Position numbers and translations under genes: made by a program
Notes under the pieces: generated by a model
Database searches by the model: none
What the model was told of the DNA's origin: nothing
Seen by the model: the letters and a program-made list of their open reading frames with translations, nothing else
Shown: one piece after another, positions 19,237-26,813 of the stretch
How the letters are laid out: each line of letters opens with the position of its first letter
How positions within the stretch are numbered: the first letter of the stretch is position 1
DNA from: Escherichia phage IME178
Length of the DNA: 64,000 bases
Direction: 5' to 3' (one strand)
Sequence record: NC_104190.1

Positions 19237-19488
19237 TCAGCCATTAGAGAGTACAGTACTGGTAGTTGGCAATACTACAGATGGAGCAACAGTGTTTAAA
19301 TGCTTTCTCCAGTCTAGGTTAAATTGTTTTCGAAACTCTTCATAAGGTTCTTCTGGATAAAAGCTAAAACCTCCTTTCTCATCATTCAGGATAACGGAGC
19401 CGTCAGTTTGTTCGTATGCTCGGTATGTTTCTCCAATAATAATAACTCGTTTATCGGTACTTTTATTACGAAACTCAAAAACGTGCAT
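19237..19488 (-). CDS. hypothetical protein (83 aa)
   Basis: ORF between tRNA genes. Confidence 0.4.
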   Translation of the reverse strand: MHVFEFRNKSTDKRVIIIGETYRAYEQTDGSVILNDEKGGFSFYPEEPYEEFRKQFNLDWRKHLNTVAPSVVLPTTSTVLSNG

Positions 19489-19504
19489 AACGTTTCCTTA
19501 AAGT

Positions 19505-19580
19505 TGGAGCGGCTAGAGGGAATCGAACCCTACTCAGCGAGGCTTGGAAGGCCTGCGACACAACCCGTGTGCTTAACCGC
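19505..19580 (-). tRNA. tRNA-Gly (anticodon UCC), tentative
   Basis: Hand-folded: acceptor GCGGTTA/TAGCCGC, loop CTTCCAA, encoded CCA. Confidence 0.55.
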
Positions 19581-19588
19581 TTATTATT

Positions 19589-19664
19589 TGGCTGGAGAAG
19601 GAGGAATCGAACCTACCATTAACGGAGTCAAAGGCCGTTGTGCTAACCGTTACACTACTCTCCA
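19589..19664 (-). tRNA. tRNA-Gln (anticodon UUG)
   Basis: Starts with U and ends CCAGCCA like E. coli tRNA-Gln; loop CTTTGAC. Confidence 0.6.
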
Positions 19665-19670
19665 ATTATT

Positions 19671-19746
19671 TGGCTGGGATGCCACGGATCGAACGTGGAA
19701 CCTTCGGAGTCAGAGGCCGACGATCTGCCAATTGATCTACATCCCA
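19671..19746 (-). tRNA. tRNA-Gln (anticodon CUG)
   Basis: Acceptor TGGGATG/CATCCCA, loop CTCTGAC, 3-prime end GCCA. Confidence 0.6.
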
Positions 19747-19758
19747 ATAATTTTTATT

Positions 19759-19953
19759 CTACGGAAAAATTGTTGTTGGCTCAGATTCTTCCAAACGTTT
19801 GCCTTCATGATCTACTCGAATAACTCCGCATCCCTCGCAAATCACAACAGCACCGTAGCCTTCTTTAACTTCAGCTTCTGTAATCAAACCAGAAAGATCA
19901 CCAGTATCTCTGCCCCACATATCAATGGAGCATTGTTTGCAGAAATCAGCCAT
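19759..19953 (-). CDS. Cys-rich hypothetical protein (64 aa)
   Basis: CxxC pairs (CKQC, CEGC). Confidence 0.4.
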   Translation of the reverse strand: MADFCKQCSIDMWGRDTGDLSGLITEAEVKEGYGAVVICEGCGVIRVDHEGKRLEESEPTTIFP

Positions 19954-19977
19954 ATTTATTTCCTATTTAAGTTAATT

Positions 19978-20054
19978 TGGGGTGGCTAGTGGAATTCGAA
20001 TCCACATAGGCCTGATTCACAATCAGGATCATTAACCAATTATGATATAGCCAC
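19978..20054 (-). tRNA. tRNA-His (anticodon GUG)
   Basis: Acceptor GTGGCTA/TAGCCAC, anticodon arm CCTGA-TTGTGAA-TCAGG, encoded CCA. Confidence 0.7.
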
Positions 20055-20420
20055 AATTGAAAACTCGCAGGGTTAGCGAAACCTTCCTCAATTAGCATGT
20101 TCTAGAATACTAATCAAGTTATCTCCTATTGCGCGCAGCTCAAGACGAGTACGAATTTTCAATTGTGGCGGCTCTCAGAAACTCTTCTACTCTAGTCTTA
20201 GCAGCTTACTCCCGAACGCATGTCGGGGAAGTCTTACCAAGAGCATCAAATAGCACCGTTACACTTTGAGCCATAGATGTATCAAGAAGCAGAAGGACTT
20301 GAACCTTCACGAGATAGACCATTTATCTCAGCCGCTTTATGAGGTATGTTGCAGGGAGTGGATGTTCCCTATAAACCTTTTAGGCAGCCCCGTCTACCGA
20401 TTCCGGCATACTTCAAGATT

Positions 20421-20515
20421 TGGAGGTAGGTAAGGGGATCGAACCCTTACACCGTATCACTACGATCAACCGATTTCAAGTCGGAGTCCAGCGCCAGCCA
20501 TTGGATTGACCTACC
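20421..20515 (-). tRNA. tRNA-Ser (anticodon UGA), type II
   Basis: Acceptor GGTAGGT/ACCTACC, loop CTTGAAA, long variable arm, encoded CCA. Confidence 0.65.
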
Positions 20516-20527
20516 ATATAAATTGTT

Positions 20528-20618
20528 TGGCGGAAGAGGAGAGATTTGAACTCTCAAGCCGTTTTACCAGTCAGCCACTTTCCAAGCGGTTTTCGTCGCC
20601 AATTCGATTTGCTCTTCC
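20528..20618 (-). tRNA. type II tRNA, probably Ser (anticodon GGA)
   Basis: Acceptor GGAAGAG/CTCTTCC, T-arm GAGAGTTCAAATCTCTC, long variable arm. Confidence 0.55.
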
Positions 20619-20654
20619 AATAATAAGATGATGCCTCTATCACACCAGGCAGTT

Positions 20655-20730
20655 ACGCCCCGCTGGGATTCGAACCCATTAAAACAGCTCAACCGAGATA
20701 GTAGGTTTAATTTACTCTGACCATCAAATT
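20655..20730 (-). other. tRNA-like element, possible pseudo-tRNA
   Basis: Perfect T-arm-like GGGTTCGAATCCC but no acceptor stem could be paired by hand. Confidence 0.3.
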
Positions 20731-20807
20731 TGGTGCGTGACAAGGGATTCGAACCCTCAAAACCCGACTTCTAAGGACGGTATGTATGCCCATTCCATCA
20801 ATCACGC
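20731..20807 (-). tRNA. tRNA with UAG anticodon loop (Leu-type) but short variable arm
   Basis: Acceptor GCGTGAT/GTCACGC, loop CTTAGAA, 77 nt with CCA; one T-T mismatch in anticodon stem. Confidence 0.5.
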
Positions 20808-20812
20808 GTATT

Positions 20813-20891
20813 TGGTGGAGAATAACGGAATCGAACCGTTCTGATGTCCTCGGTGCAAGCGAGGTGTCCACTCCATGCAGACCCATTCCCC
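20813..20891 (-). tRNA. tRNA-Ala (anticodon UGC)
   Basis: Anticodon arm CCTCG-CTTGCAC-CGAGG, encoded CCA. Confidence 0.65.
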
Positions 20892-21150
20892 AAATTCTTT
20901 AGTTTACTAAGGCTATTAGCTCGGCGTAACTACAGCACCTTCGCTTAGAGCGGAAGGAACTACGTCATCTCGCAAACCCAATACACTATTCAGTTGCCGC
21001 TGAATCTAGTGGACCAATCTAGAACTTCTCCCGAATCGTAGGGATCGTGCTTTTTGGCAGCCAGTCCTAGGTCGAGCTAATACCTTAGTGAACTATGATG
21101 AGGATTTCTCCTCATCAATTTATATAAATATTATAACAAGAAATTAAGCA

Positions 21151-21510
21151 TCAAGCAAGTACATTTTTGCAGACTTCTTGTATTTCCTTAACATCGCTAA
21201 TGAAAAGGTAATCGGAACTTCCAGAGTGCATACTAGACATTAGTACACCACTATCTGGTGCATCTTCTTTTAACGTAATGCCTAACCAGAACTCGGCAAA
21301 ACTAGGTGTTACCTCACCTTGACTTGCCTTGAATACATCGGCTTCTGTGATCTCCTGACCAGTAGAAAGTCCCATGTACGGTACGTTCAGATCAATATCT
21401 TTGTAGAACTCAGCTAAATCTTGTTCGAAGTCCCAACCTTTAGAGATAGCGAACTCCATTGTCACATGACCGAAATAACCTTGAATCTTGCTTGATAATT
21501 GCATTTGCAA
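21151..21510 (-). CDS. hypothetical protein (119 aa)
   Basis: ORF between tRNA blocks, promoter motif upstream. Confidence 0.45.
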   Translation of the reverse strand: MQMQLSSKIQGYFGHVTMEFAISKGWDFEQDLAEFYKDIDLNVPYMGLSTGQEITEADVFKASQGEVTPSFAEFWLGITLKEDAPDSGVLMSSMHSGSSDYLFISDVKEIQEVCKNVLA

Positions 21511-21529
21511 TTCCTTATTTTGAGTTAAT

Positions 21530-21603
21530 TGGTACCCGGTGATAGAATCGAACTATTTCAACCGCCATGTAAAGACGGGGTTCTCCCATTAAACTAACCG
21601 AGC
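21530..21603 (-). tRNA. tRNA-Val (anticodon UAC)
   Basis: Anticodon arm CCGTC-TTTACAT-GGCGG, encoded CCA. Confidence 0.6.
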
Positions 21604-21607
21604 AAAT

Positions 21608-21686
21608 TGGTAGATCGCCTGGGACTTGAACCCAGAACCTTCCGATTAAAAGTCGGATGCTACTAAACCTATTGAGCTAGCGATCT
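21608..21686 (-). tRNA. tRNA-Lys (anticodon UUU)
   Basis: Anticodon arm TCCGA-CTTTTAA-TCGGA, T-arm GGGTTCAAGTCCC, CCA. Confidence 0.65.
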
Positions 21687-21687
21687 A

Positions 21688-21855
21688 TTAGTAACCATTG
21701 TATACTTCTTTAATAGAGTGAACTTTCAAGTAAGGGTGATTAGTACTAAACTCTGCCATTACTTCATCCCAATTTCTACCATAATGAGCAAGTAAGGATT
21801 TTGATGTATTCTTACCTAAGCGTTTGTCACTTACTACTAATCGAAATACTTTCAT
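21688..21855 (-). CDS. small hypothetical protein (about 55 aa)
   Basis: ATG with GAGGAT RBS between tRNA genes; below the ORF-track size cutoff. Confidence 0.3.
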   Translation of the reverse strand: MKVFRLVVSDKRLGKNTSKSLLAHYGRNWDEVMAEFSTNHPYLKVHSIKEVYNGY

Positions 21856-21875
21856 TTCGAAATCCTCTATTAAAA

Positions 21876-21952
21876 TGGAAGCGGGTGCAGGAATCGAACC
21901 TACCTCTTTCTAGCTTATGAGACTAGCGATCTCTACCAGAGATCTAACCCGC
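21876..21952 (-). tRNA. tRNA with CAU anticodon (Met or Ile2)
   Basis: Anticodon arm CTAGT-CTCATAA-GCTAG, encoded CCA. Confidence 0.6.
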
Positions 21953-21959
21953 AATTGTT

Positions 21960-22037
21960 TGGTCTCCGTGGGAGGATTTGAACCCCCGACCCTATCGCCC
22001 CAAACGAAACGCTCTGGCCAAACTGAGCTACACGGAG
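21960..22037 (-). tRNA. tRNA-Pro (anticodon UGG), tentative
   Basis: D-arm TAGCTCAGTTTGG, acceptor CTCCGTG/CACGGAG, loop TTTGGGG. Confidence 0.55.
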
Positions 22038-22041
22038 AATA

Positions 22042-22200
22042 TTATTTCTTCAACCACAACAAAGATAAGCCAAGCATACTAAAGCCACTAACTAATCCGA
22101 TACATTTTTCTTCTATAGTAAAAGTATCTAGATTAAATGCTGTTATAGCTATTGGCATACACCATAATGCCATAAAAACTTGAGCTATCTTGTGTTTCAT
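22042..22200 (-). CDS. small hydrophobic protein (52 aa)
   Basis: ATG with AGAAGGAAAG RBS and conserved promoter/leader at 22205-22270. Confidence 0.35.
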   Translation of the reverse strand: MKHKIAQVFMALWCMPIAITAFNLDTFTIEEKCIGLVSGFSMLGLSLLWLKK

Positions 22201-22653
22201 TTTGCTTTCCTTCTCTTCACTTTATAAAATATATTATACAGATAATTAAGAGAAATAGCAAATGAATTTTTAATAAATTTACTTATTGTGTAGGCCACCT
22301 GGAGGCTACCAACCCCACGGCTGACAAAGAAGTTTGCGAGACCTCTCTTAAATGCCAGAATAGACCCGCCGATCTATCGGAACCTACATAATAAGTAAAC
22401 TTTATAGTGTCATTCTAGACAGGACTCGAACCTATTATCACTTGTGCGGACTTACGAGAACCATTCTTTCACTCGAATCGAACGAGCTTCTGCCCTAGCC
22501 AAGCTGGTTTCCCCATCAACCACGCTAGAATGTTTGATTGTTTTCAGTGCAAGAGTCCGAGTCTTGGACACGACCGCTTTGCAAGTACATAGGCAGCTTA
22601 TCATGAGTCAGCACTTCCGAATTGCTAGCTCCGTGTTCTGCACTGAAATTTTA

Positions 22654-23001
22654 TTAGTTTAACCTTAAAGTATTATCTACTTCACCATTAATTGTTCGGC
22701 ATTCCTCTGGAATTGCTGGAGTAGCCTTGTATTCCCACCACTCAGCTCCATCATATTCCCCACGTTCTAGCCAGGTTCCATCGGCAAACCATACATTACC
22801 ATAAAGTAGTTGTCCACCATAACCAGAATCATACTCAAAGTCTAGGTTATTAAGAAAATCCCCAATATCTTCTTCTGTATACCCCAGAGGTAATACCCAA
22901 ACTTTTTTGTCCCCATAATACCCGAATTCTATTTTAATACACTTAACTTCAGAATTAGTATTTTTTAAGGCAAGTAACAACTCTTCTTTAGCATTACGCA
23001 T
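22654..23001 (-). CDS. hypothetical protein (115 aa)
   Basis: ORF between tRNA blocks. Confidence 0.45.
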   Translation of the reverse strand: MRNAKEELLLALKNTNSEVKCIKIEFGYYGDKKVWVLPLGYTEEDIGDFLNNLDFEYDSGYGGQLLYGNVWFADGTWLERGEYDGAEWWEYKATPAIPEECRTINGEVDNTLRLN

Positions 23002-23027
23002 AGTATATTTCTCGTGCTAGTTTAGTT

Positions 23028-23103
23028 TGGTACACCCACTAGGACTTGAACCTAGAACCCTCCGCTTAAGAGGCGGTAGCTCTAACCATTGAGCTATGGA
23101 TGT
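23028..23103 (-). tRNA. tRNA-Lys (anticodon CUU), tentative
   Basis: D-stem GCTC/GAGC, loop CTCTTAA, T-arm CTAGGTTCAAGTCCTAG, CCA. Confidence 0.55.
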
Positions 23104-23281
23104 ATTAAATTACTTTTTCCAGTTCATCAGCTATGGCTTTGATTTTTTCAAAGTTTACATCACTAATAATGATACCTTCCAGTGACAGAGATATTCTAGC
23201 ATTTTTTCGTAGCAGATTCTTTTATCTGCTCTATCTCTTCTGGAGTAAACTCTCTACGTTCCATAGCTAACCTACATTATT

Positions 23282-23358
23282 TGGCGCGACCGATGGGATT
23301 CGAACCCACATTCTCTCCCGTGACAGGGGAGTACCCTTACCAAGCCAGCCCCGGTCGC
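23282..23358 (-). tRNA. tRNA-Asp (anticodon GUC)
   Basis: Acceptor GCGACCG/CGGTCGC, anticodon arm CTCCC-CTGTCAC-GGGAG, CCA. Confidence 0.7.
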
Positions 23359-23367
23359 ATAATTCAT

Positions 23368-23553
23368 TTACTCAGCTTTGAGTTTTTCAATAGCTGCATT
23401 AAGTTCTTTAAGAAACTCTTTCCGTACATTAAGCTCTCGAATACTCATTAAAAGATCAGCCTTTCGAGCTTCAATATCTTTTTGTCGGCACTTAATGTTA
23501 TTAGCTGTGTTATCACGATGAACTTCTAGCTGTGCAATTACATTCTTGGACAT
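23368..23553 (-). CDS. coiled-coil hypothetical protein (61 aa)
   Basis: Small charged helical ORF. Confidence 0.4.
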   Translation of the reverse strand: MSKNVIAQLEVHRDNTANNIKCRQKDIEARKADLLMSIRELNVRKEFLKELNAAIEKLKAE

Positions 23554-23655
23554 GCTTGTTTCCTCAGTTATTAATGAAAATGGTATCTGTGGCTGAATTC
23601 GATATCAGCAATGATAGCTGGTTGGCTACCGGTTTACTTAACTCTACACAGAATT

Positions 23656-23738
23656 TGGCGGGCCGTGTAGGATTCGAACCTACGTTGTCTTTCGACATGG
23701 ATTAACAGTCCACCGCCAAACCGCTTGGCTAACGACCC
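23656..23738 (-). tRNA. tRNA with GUU anticodon (Asn-type) and extended variable arm
   Basis: Acceptor GGGTCGT/ACGGCCC, loop CTGTTAA, 13-nt variable region, CCA. Confidence 0.55.
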
Positions 23739-23890
23739 TAAATTTATATTGCTGACTAGGATTTTCACCTAGACGGAGTTAGCACCGTAGCGTGTAGCGG
23801 CATACCTCTCCAAACCGTGCCTCATCTTTCAATTACGGAGACAGTGTTCCTACGCGTGCCTGAATTGATTTAACAATTCTTTCAGCAAAT

Positions 23891-23966
23891 TGGACGACCG
23901 CATGAGATTTGAACTCACATAAAAAGGATTTGCAATCCTTCGCCTAAGCCATTCAGCCAACGGTCG
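23891..23966 (-). tRNA. tRNA-Cys (anticodon GCA)
   Basis: Anticodon arm AAGGA-TTGCAAA-TCCTT, encoded CCA. Confidence 0.65.
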
Positions 23967-23971
23967 ATTTA

Positions 23972-24259
23972 TTATCTTTCATAATGTATAGCTACATGGT
24001 CGGAACCACAATTGCTACACACTTTCTTACCTGTTTTAGAGTAGTAATCTTGATCACCACATTCATAACAGATACATAATTCTTTTTCTTGTTTTTCGAG
24101 ATCTTCAAATTCTAGATCATTGAAGTCCCCTAGAGTACGGGTGTAAAACCCATCTCCTGAGTCATAGCCTGATTTACCACAATCACACATTTTAAATTCA
24201 CGAAGATGTGTGAAAATGTGCTTGGAACCACAACACTTAAATCTAACTAATCGTTTCAT
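23972..24259 (-). CDS. zinc-ribbon hypothetical protein (95 aa)
   Basis: Several CxxC pairs (CDCG, CYECG, CSNCG). Confidence 0.45.
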   Translation of the reverse strand: MKRLVRFKCCGSKHIFTHLREFKMCDCGKSGYDSGDGFYTRTLGDFNDLEFEDLEKQEKELCICYECGDQDYYSKTGKKVCSNCGSDHVAIHYER

Positions 24260-24498
24260 TTAACACGCTCCGGTAGATCTTCTAGTTTATATTCAGTAGC
24301 CACATTAGCAGCATCTAAAAGTAATCCCATGTGTTTAAGGATTTTAGTGATAGATTCGCCTTCGGCTTCTTCTACGAAAGAACGTAAATGAACAAAGTCA
24401 ATTCCACCGTCCATACCAGAGAAAATATTTAGTAAGCGAAGCATTACCAGCTTACGTTCATTCAATTCTTGTTCTGTCATGTTGCTTCTCCAGTTCAA
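24256..24498 (-). CDS. hypothetical protein (80 aa)
   Basis: ORF downstream of promoter motif at 24500-24545. Confidence 0.45.
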   Translation of the reverse strand: MNWRSNMTEQELNERKLVMLRLLNIFSGMDGGIDFVHLRSFVEEAEGESITKILKHMGLLLDAANVATEYKLEDLPERVK

Positions 24499-24547
24499 TT
24501 TATGTAATTATTATACAGAACTTTTAGAAACTAAGCAACTACATTTT

Positions 24548-24826
24548 TTAAGAATTTGATGCCTTTTTTTTTTTTTTTTTCTTCTTATACTTCCACGTTA
24601 ATGGATTCTGTCGATTGTGAACGCTTGAGATCTTTGTCTCGTCAAAGTTCTTCAATACCATGTAATCACAAGATAATTGTTCTAATGGAATGTGATCACC
24701 GTCAAAAGCGTATACATAAGGCTGTTGACTAGCACTATAATGATAGACTTTGTTAATTCTACGTTTCAGCAACTTATCCGCGCAGTAAATAAAGAAGTTT
24801 TCAGGATGCATCAGCAGCTCCCTCAA
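24548..24826 (-). CDS. hypothetical protein with C-terminal poly-Lys encoded by an A17 tract
   Basis: ORF runs through a 17-nt homopolymer giving KYKKKKKKKK before the stop. Confidence 0.4.
   Translation of the reverse strand: MRELLMHPENFFIYCADKLLKRRINKVYHYSASQQPYVYAFDGDHIPLEQLSCDYMVLKNFDETKISSVHNRQNPLTWKYKKKKKKKKASNS
24564..24580. repeat. 17-nt T/A homopolymer
   Basis: Uninterrupted T17 on the plus strand inside the 3-prime end of a minus-strand ORF. Confidence 0.9.
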
Positions 24827-24828
24827 TT

Positions 24829-24903
24829 TGGTGCACCCTGTTCGTATCGAACGAACCTCTCAAGCTCTTCAGGCAAGCGCTAATCCATCTCAGCTAAAGG
24901 TGC
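24829..24903 (-). tRNA. tRNA-like gene, possibly Phe (anticodon GAA) with mismatched anticodon stem
   Basis: Good acceptor and T-arm (GTTCG-TTCGATA-CGAAC); loop CTGAAGA; two U-U mismatches in anticodon stem. Confidence 0.4.
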
Positions 24904-24909
24904 AAATTT

Positions 24910-24980
24910 TGGCAGGGGTAAAGGTATTCGAAACCTTTTCATGGGTTTTGGAGGCCCATTTGCAACCTATGCGTACCCCA
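24910..24980 (-). tRNA. tRNA-Trp (anticodon CCA)
   Basis: T-arm AAGGT-TTCGAAT-ACCTT, loop CTCCAAA, encoded CCA. Confidence 0.55.
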
Positions 24981-24989
24981 ATTATTAAT

Positions 24990-25064
24990 TGGCACACCCA
25001 ACGAGGATCGAACTCGTGTTCCCACTGTGAAAGAGTGATGTCCTAACCGCTAGACGATAGGTGC
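24990..25064 (-). tRNA. tRNA-Glu (anticodon UUC)
   Basis: Anticodon arm TCACT-CTTTCAC-AGTGG, T-arm ACGAG-TTCGATC-CTCGT, CCA. Confidence 0.6.
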
Positions 25065-25071
25065 ATTAATT

Positions 25072-25159
25072 TGGTGGGCGTTAATGGAGTCGAACCACTC
25101 GAGTCGCAATGACCAGGGATTTACAATCCCCTCCGCTACCACTTACGGAATAAACGCCC
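25072..25159 (-). tRNA. tRNA-Tyr (anticodon GUA), type II
   Basis: Acceptor GGGCGTT/AACGCCC, anticodon arm GGGGA-TTGTAAA-TCCCT, long variable arm, CCA. Confidence 0.7.
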
Positions 25160-25289
25160 ATATTTAGAAGTATTCAAAAATTTTCATTTAAACACTTTTA
25201 AATATGTTTCCAAATTAGATAAATATTATACCAAGTTTTAAGGCACTGAGCAAGTCAAATTTTAAAGAACTTGCTCAGTACTGTATTAG

Positions 25290-25565
25290 TTAGTCGAACT
25301 TAGGAGTGACAGTTAAGGAGAATGGAAGTTCGAAAACTTCTTCACCCTCATCACTAACAGTAATTACACGGCCTTTAAGTTCAGACATTGAAATATCAAT
25401 ATCAGCTTTTGCATCTGGAGCCATTCCAGCTTCAACACATTTAGCTTTAACTTCCGGCAGAAGTTCTACATCGTAGAAATAAAGCCATTCAATCTCACCT
25501 TCCCAGCCTTCCCAGGATTTACAGATTGCACTTTCAATACCAGTTGCTATAACACGATTTTGCAT
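25290..25565 (-). CDS. hypothetical acidic protein (91 aa)
   Basis: ORF downstream of promoter motif. Confidence 0.45.
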   Translation of the reverse strand: MQNRVIATGIESAICKSWEGWEGEIEWLYFYDVELLPEVKAKCVEAGMAPDAKADIDISMSELKGRVITVSDEGEEVFELPFSLTVTPKFD

Positions 25566-25655
25566 TAGTTAACTCCTTCATCAATTTATATAACTATTAT
25601 ATCAGAAATTTAAAGCAAAAGGCAAGTACATTTTTAAAAATTCTATTTGGAGGAG

Positions 25656-25862
25656 CTAAACTCCAGATTCTTCAGCCAAGTCTAGACTAATAAGAGATAT
25701 AGCCATAATTGCTGCTGCGTGCTCTTTTTCTCCAGTCTCTTTAGCTAGAGTTATAATATCAAGAATTTGCTTATGAAAGTCTGCAACCTCTTGAGTCATA
25801 CCTGCTTCAGCAATCATGCCTTTAAGCATGAAACGTTGTGCGGTAATTTCAGGATTAGCCAT
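25656..25862 (-). CDS. hypothetical protein (68 aa)
   Basis: Small ORF. Confidence 0.4.
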   Translation of the reverse strand: MANPEITAQRFMLKGMIAEAGMTQEVADFHKQILDIITLAKETGEKEHAAAIMAISLISLDLAEESGV

Positions 25863-26037
25863 GTTGTTTCTCCAGTTTCATCTTTAATAGTCTACAAATA
25901 AAATCAATGTCTTCATCCGTGCCTAAATCTCTATCTTCAAGAGTTGCCTTGAAGTTTTTAGTCAATTCCATGAGGATAACTTCTCTAGAACGACGTGTTG
26001 GCGGAGGTGGAGGTCTATACATCTTATTTCCTTAATT

Positions 26038-26114
26038 TGGTAGGGGTGGTGGGATTCGAACCCACAAAACCTGAATTTTAAGTCCAGTACCTATGCCAAT
26101 TCGATTACACCCCC
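26038..26114 (-). tRNA. tRNA with UAA anticodon loop (Leu-type) but short variable arm
   Basis: Acceptor GGGGGTG/CACCCCT, anticodon arm CTGGA-CTTAAAA-TTCAG, T-arm GTGGG-TTCGAAT-CCCAC, 5-nt variable loop, CCA. Confidence 0.55.
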
Positions 26115-26215
26115 ATGTAATCAGTTTATTAGTTGATACATATTATAGCCTAGTGAAAATCCTACTACTAGTCCCACAAACCAACCAATATAATAATCTT
26201 TTAGTTTCACAGGTA

Positions 26216-26401
26216 TTATCCTCTTTCAATATCTAGAGAAATACCACAGCTAGGATTAATACCTGTACCCTTGCAATTTGGGCAAACCCAGATATTGCAA
26301 AAAGTATCTCCTGCTTCTGCATCAGAACTTTCACCGATCCCCCTACACTCAGGGCAGGCACATTCTTCTAGCTCTTGCTTGAGTTCTTGAAACTTAGACA
26401 T
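26216..26401 (-). CDS. zinc-ribbon hypothetical protein (61 aa)
   Basis: CPEC...CPNC cysteine pairs. Confidence 0.4.
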   Translation of the reverse strand: MSKFQELKQELEECACPECRGIGESSDAEAGDTFCNIWVCPNCKGTGINPSCGISLDIERG

Positions 26402-26410
26402 ATAGTCTCC

Positions 26411-26599
26411 TTAGTCAATTACTTTTGAGGCTTCAAGGTAATCGATATAGTGTACGTTTTCTACCGTAATCATATAATCTGCCACTTTATCCATAGCTTG
26501 GGCTTCAGAGGTAGCTCTGGCTAACCTATATCCTTTTTTATATTCATCAGGGTATTCTCTATCTTGAATAAACACAACATAAACTATGTATAATTCCAC
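26411..26599 (-). CDS. hypothetical protein (about 62 aa, GTG start)
   Basis: Track ORF trimmed to GTG 26599 with AGGGGA RBS so it no longer overlaps two tRNA genes. Confidence 0.35.
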   Translation of the reverse strand: MELYIVYVVFIQDREYPDEYKKGYRLARATSEAQAMDKVADYMITVENVHYIDYLEASKVID

Positions 26600-26619
26600 T
26601 TGTAATCCCCTAATTAAGT

Positions 26620-26697
26620 TGGTGGCTCCCCGAGGATTCGAACCTACGTACCTTCCGGTTATGAGCCGGGTGCTCATACCATATGAGCTTGAGAACC
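26620..26697 (-). tRNA. tRNA with CAU anticodon (Met, fMet or Ile2)
   Basis: D-stem GCTC/GAGC, anticodon arm CCGG-CTCATAA-CCGG, CCA; T-stem weak. Confidence 0.5.
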
Positions 26698-26703
26698 AAA
26701 ATC

Positions 26704-26792
26704 TGGCGGAAGAAGTGGGAATCGAACCCACAAGGCTATATTTCAAACCGACAGATTAGCAATCTGCTGCAATACCGTTATGCTATTCTTCC
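26704..26792 (-). tRNA. tRNA-Ser (anticodon GCU), type II
   Basis: Acceptor GGAAGAA/TTCTTCC, loop TTGCTAA, long variable arm, CCA. Confidence 0.65.
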
Positions 26793-26813
26793 GAATTTAT
26801 AAGATATATTATA

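Noticed and set aside
19324-19989. 221-aa plus-strand ORF
   Set aside because: Lies antisense across three minus-strand tRNA genes and a small ORF; low-complexity translation; almost certainly spurious.
21917-22183. 88-aa plus-strand ORF
   Set aside because: Overlaps two tRNA genes on the opposite strand and a better-supported minus-strand small ORF with RBS and promoter.
25237-25280. Inverted repeat CTGAGCAAG/CTTGCTCAG as a terminator
   Set aside because: No T-run follows on the transcribed strand and it overlaps the conserved -35/UP portion of the promoter motif.
26600-26746. N-terminal 49 codons of track ORF 26411-26746
   Set aside because: That part overlaps two well-formed tRNA genes; a GTG start with RBS at 26599 gives a non-overlapping gene.
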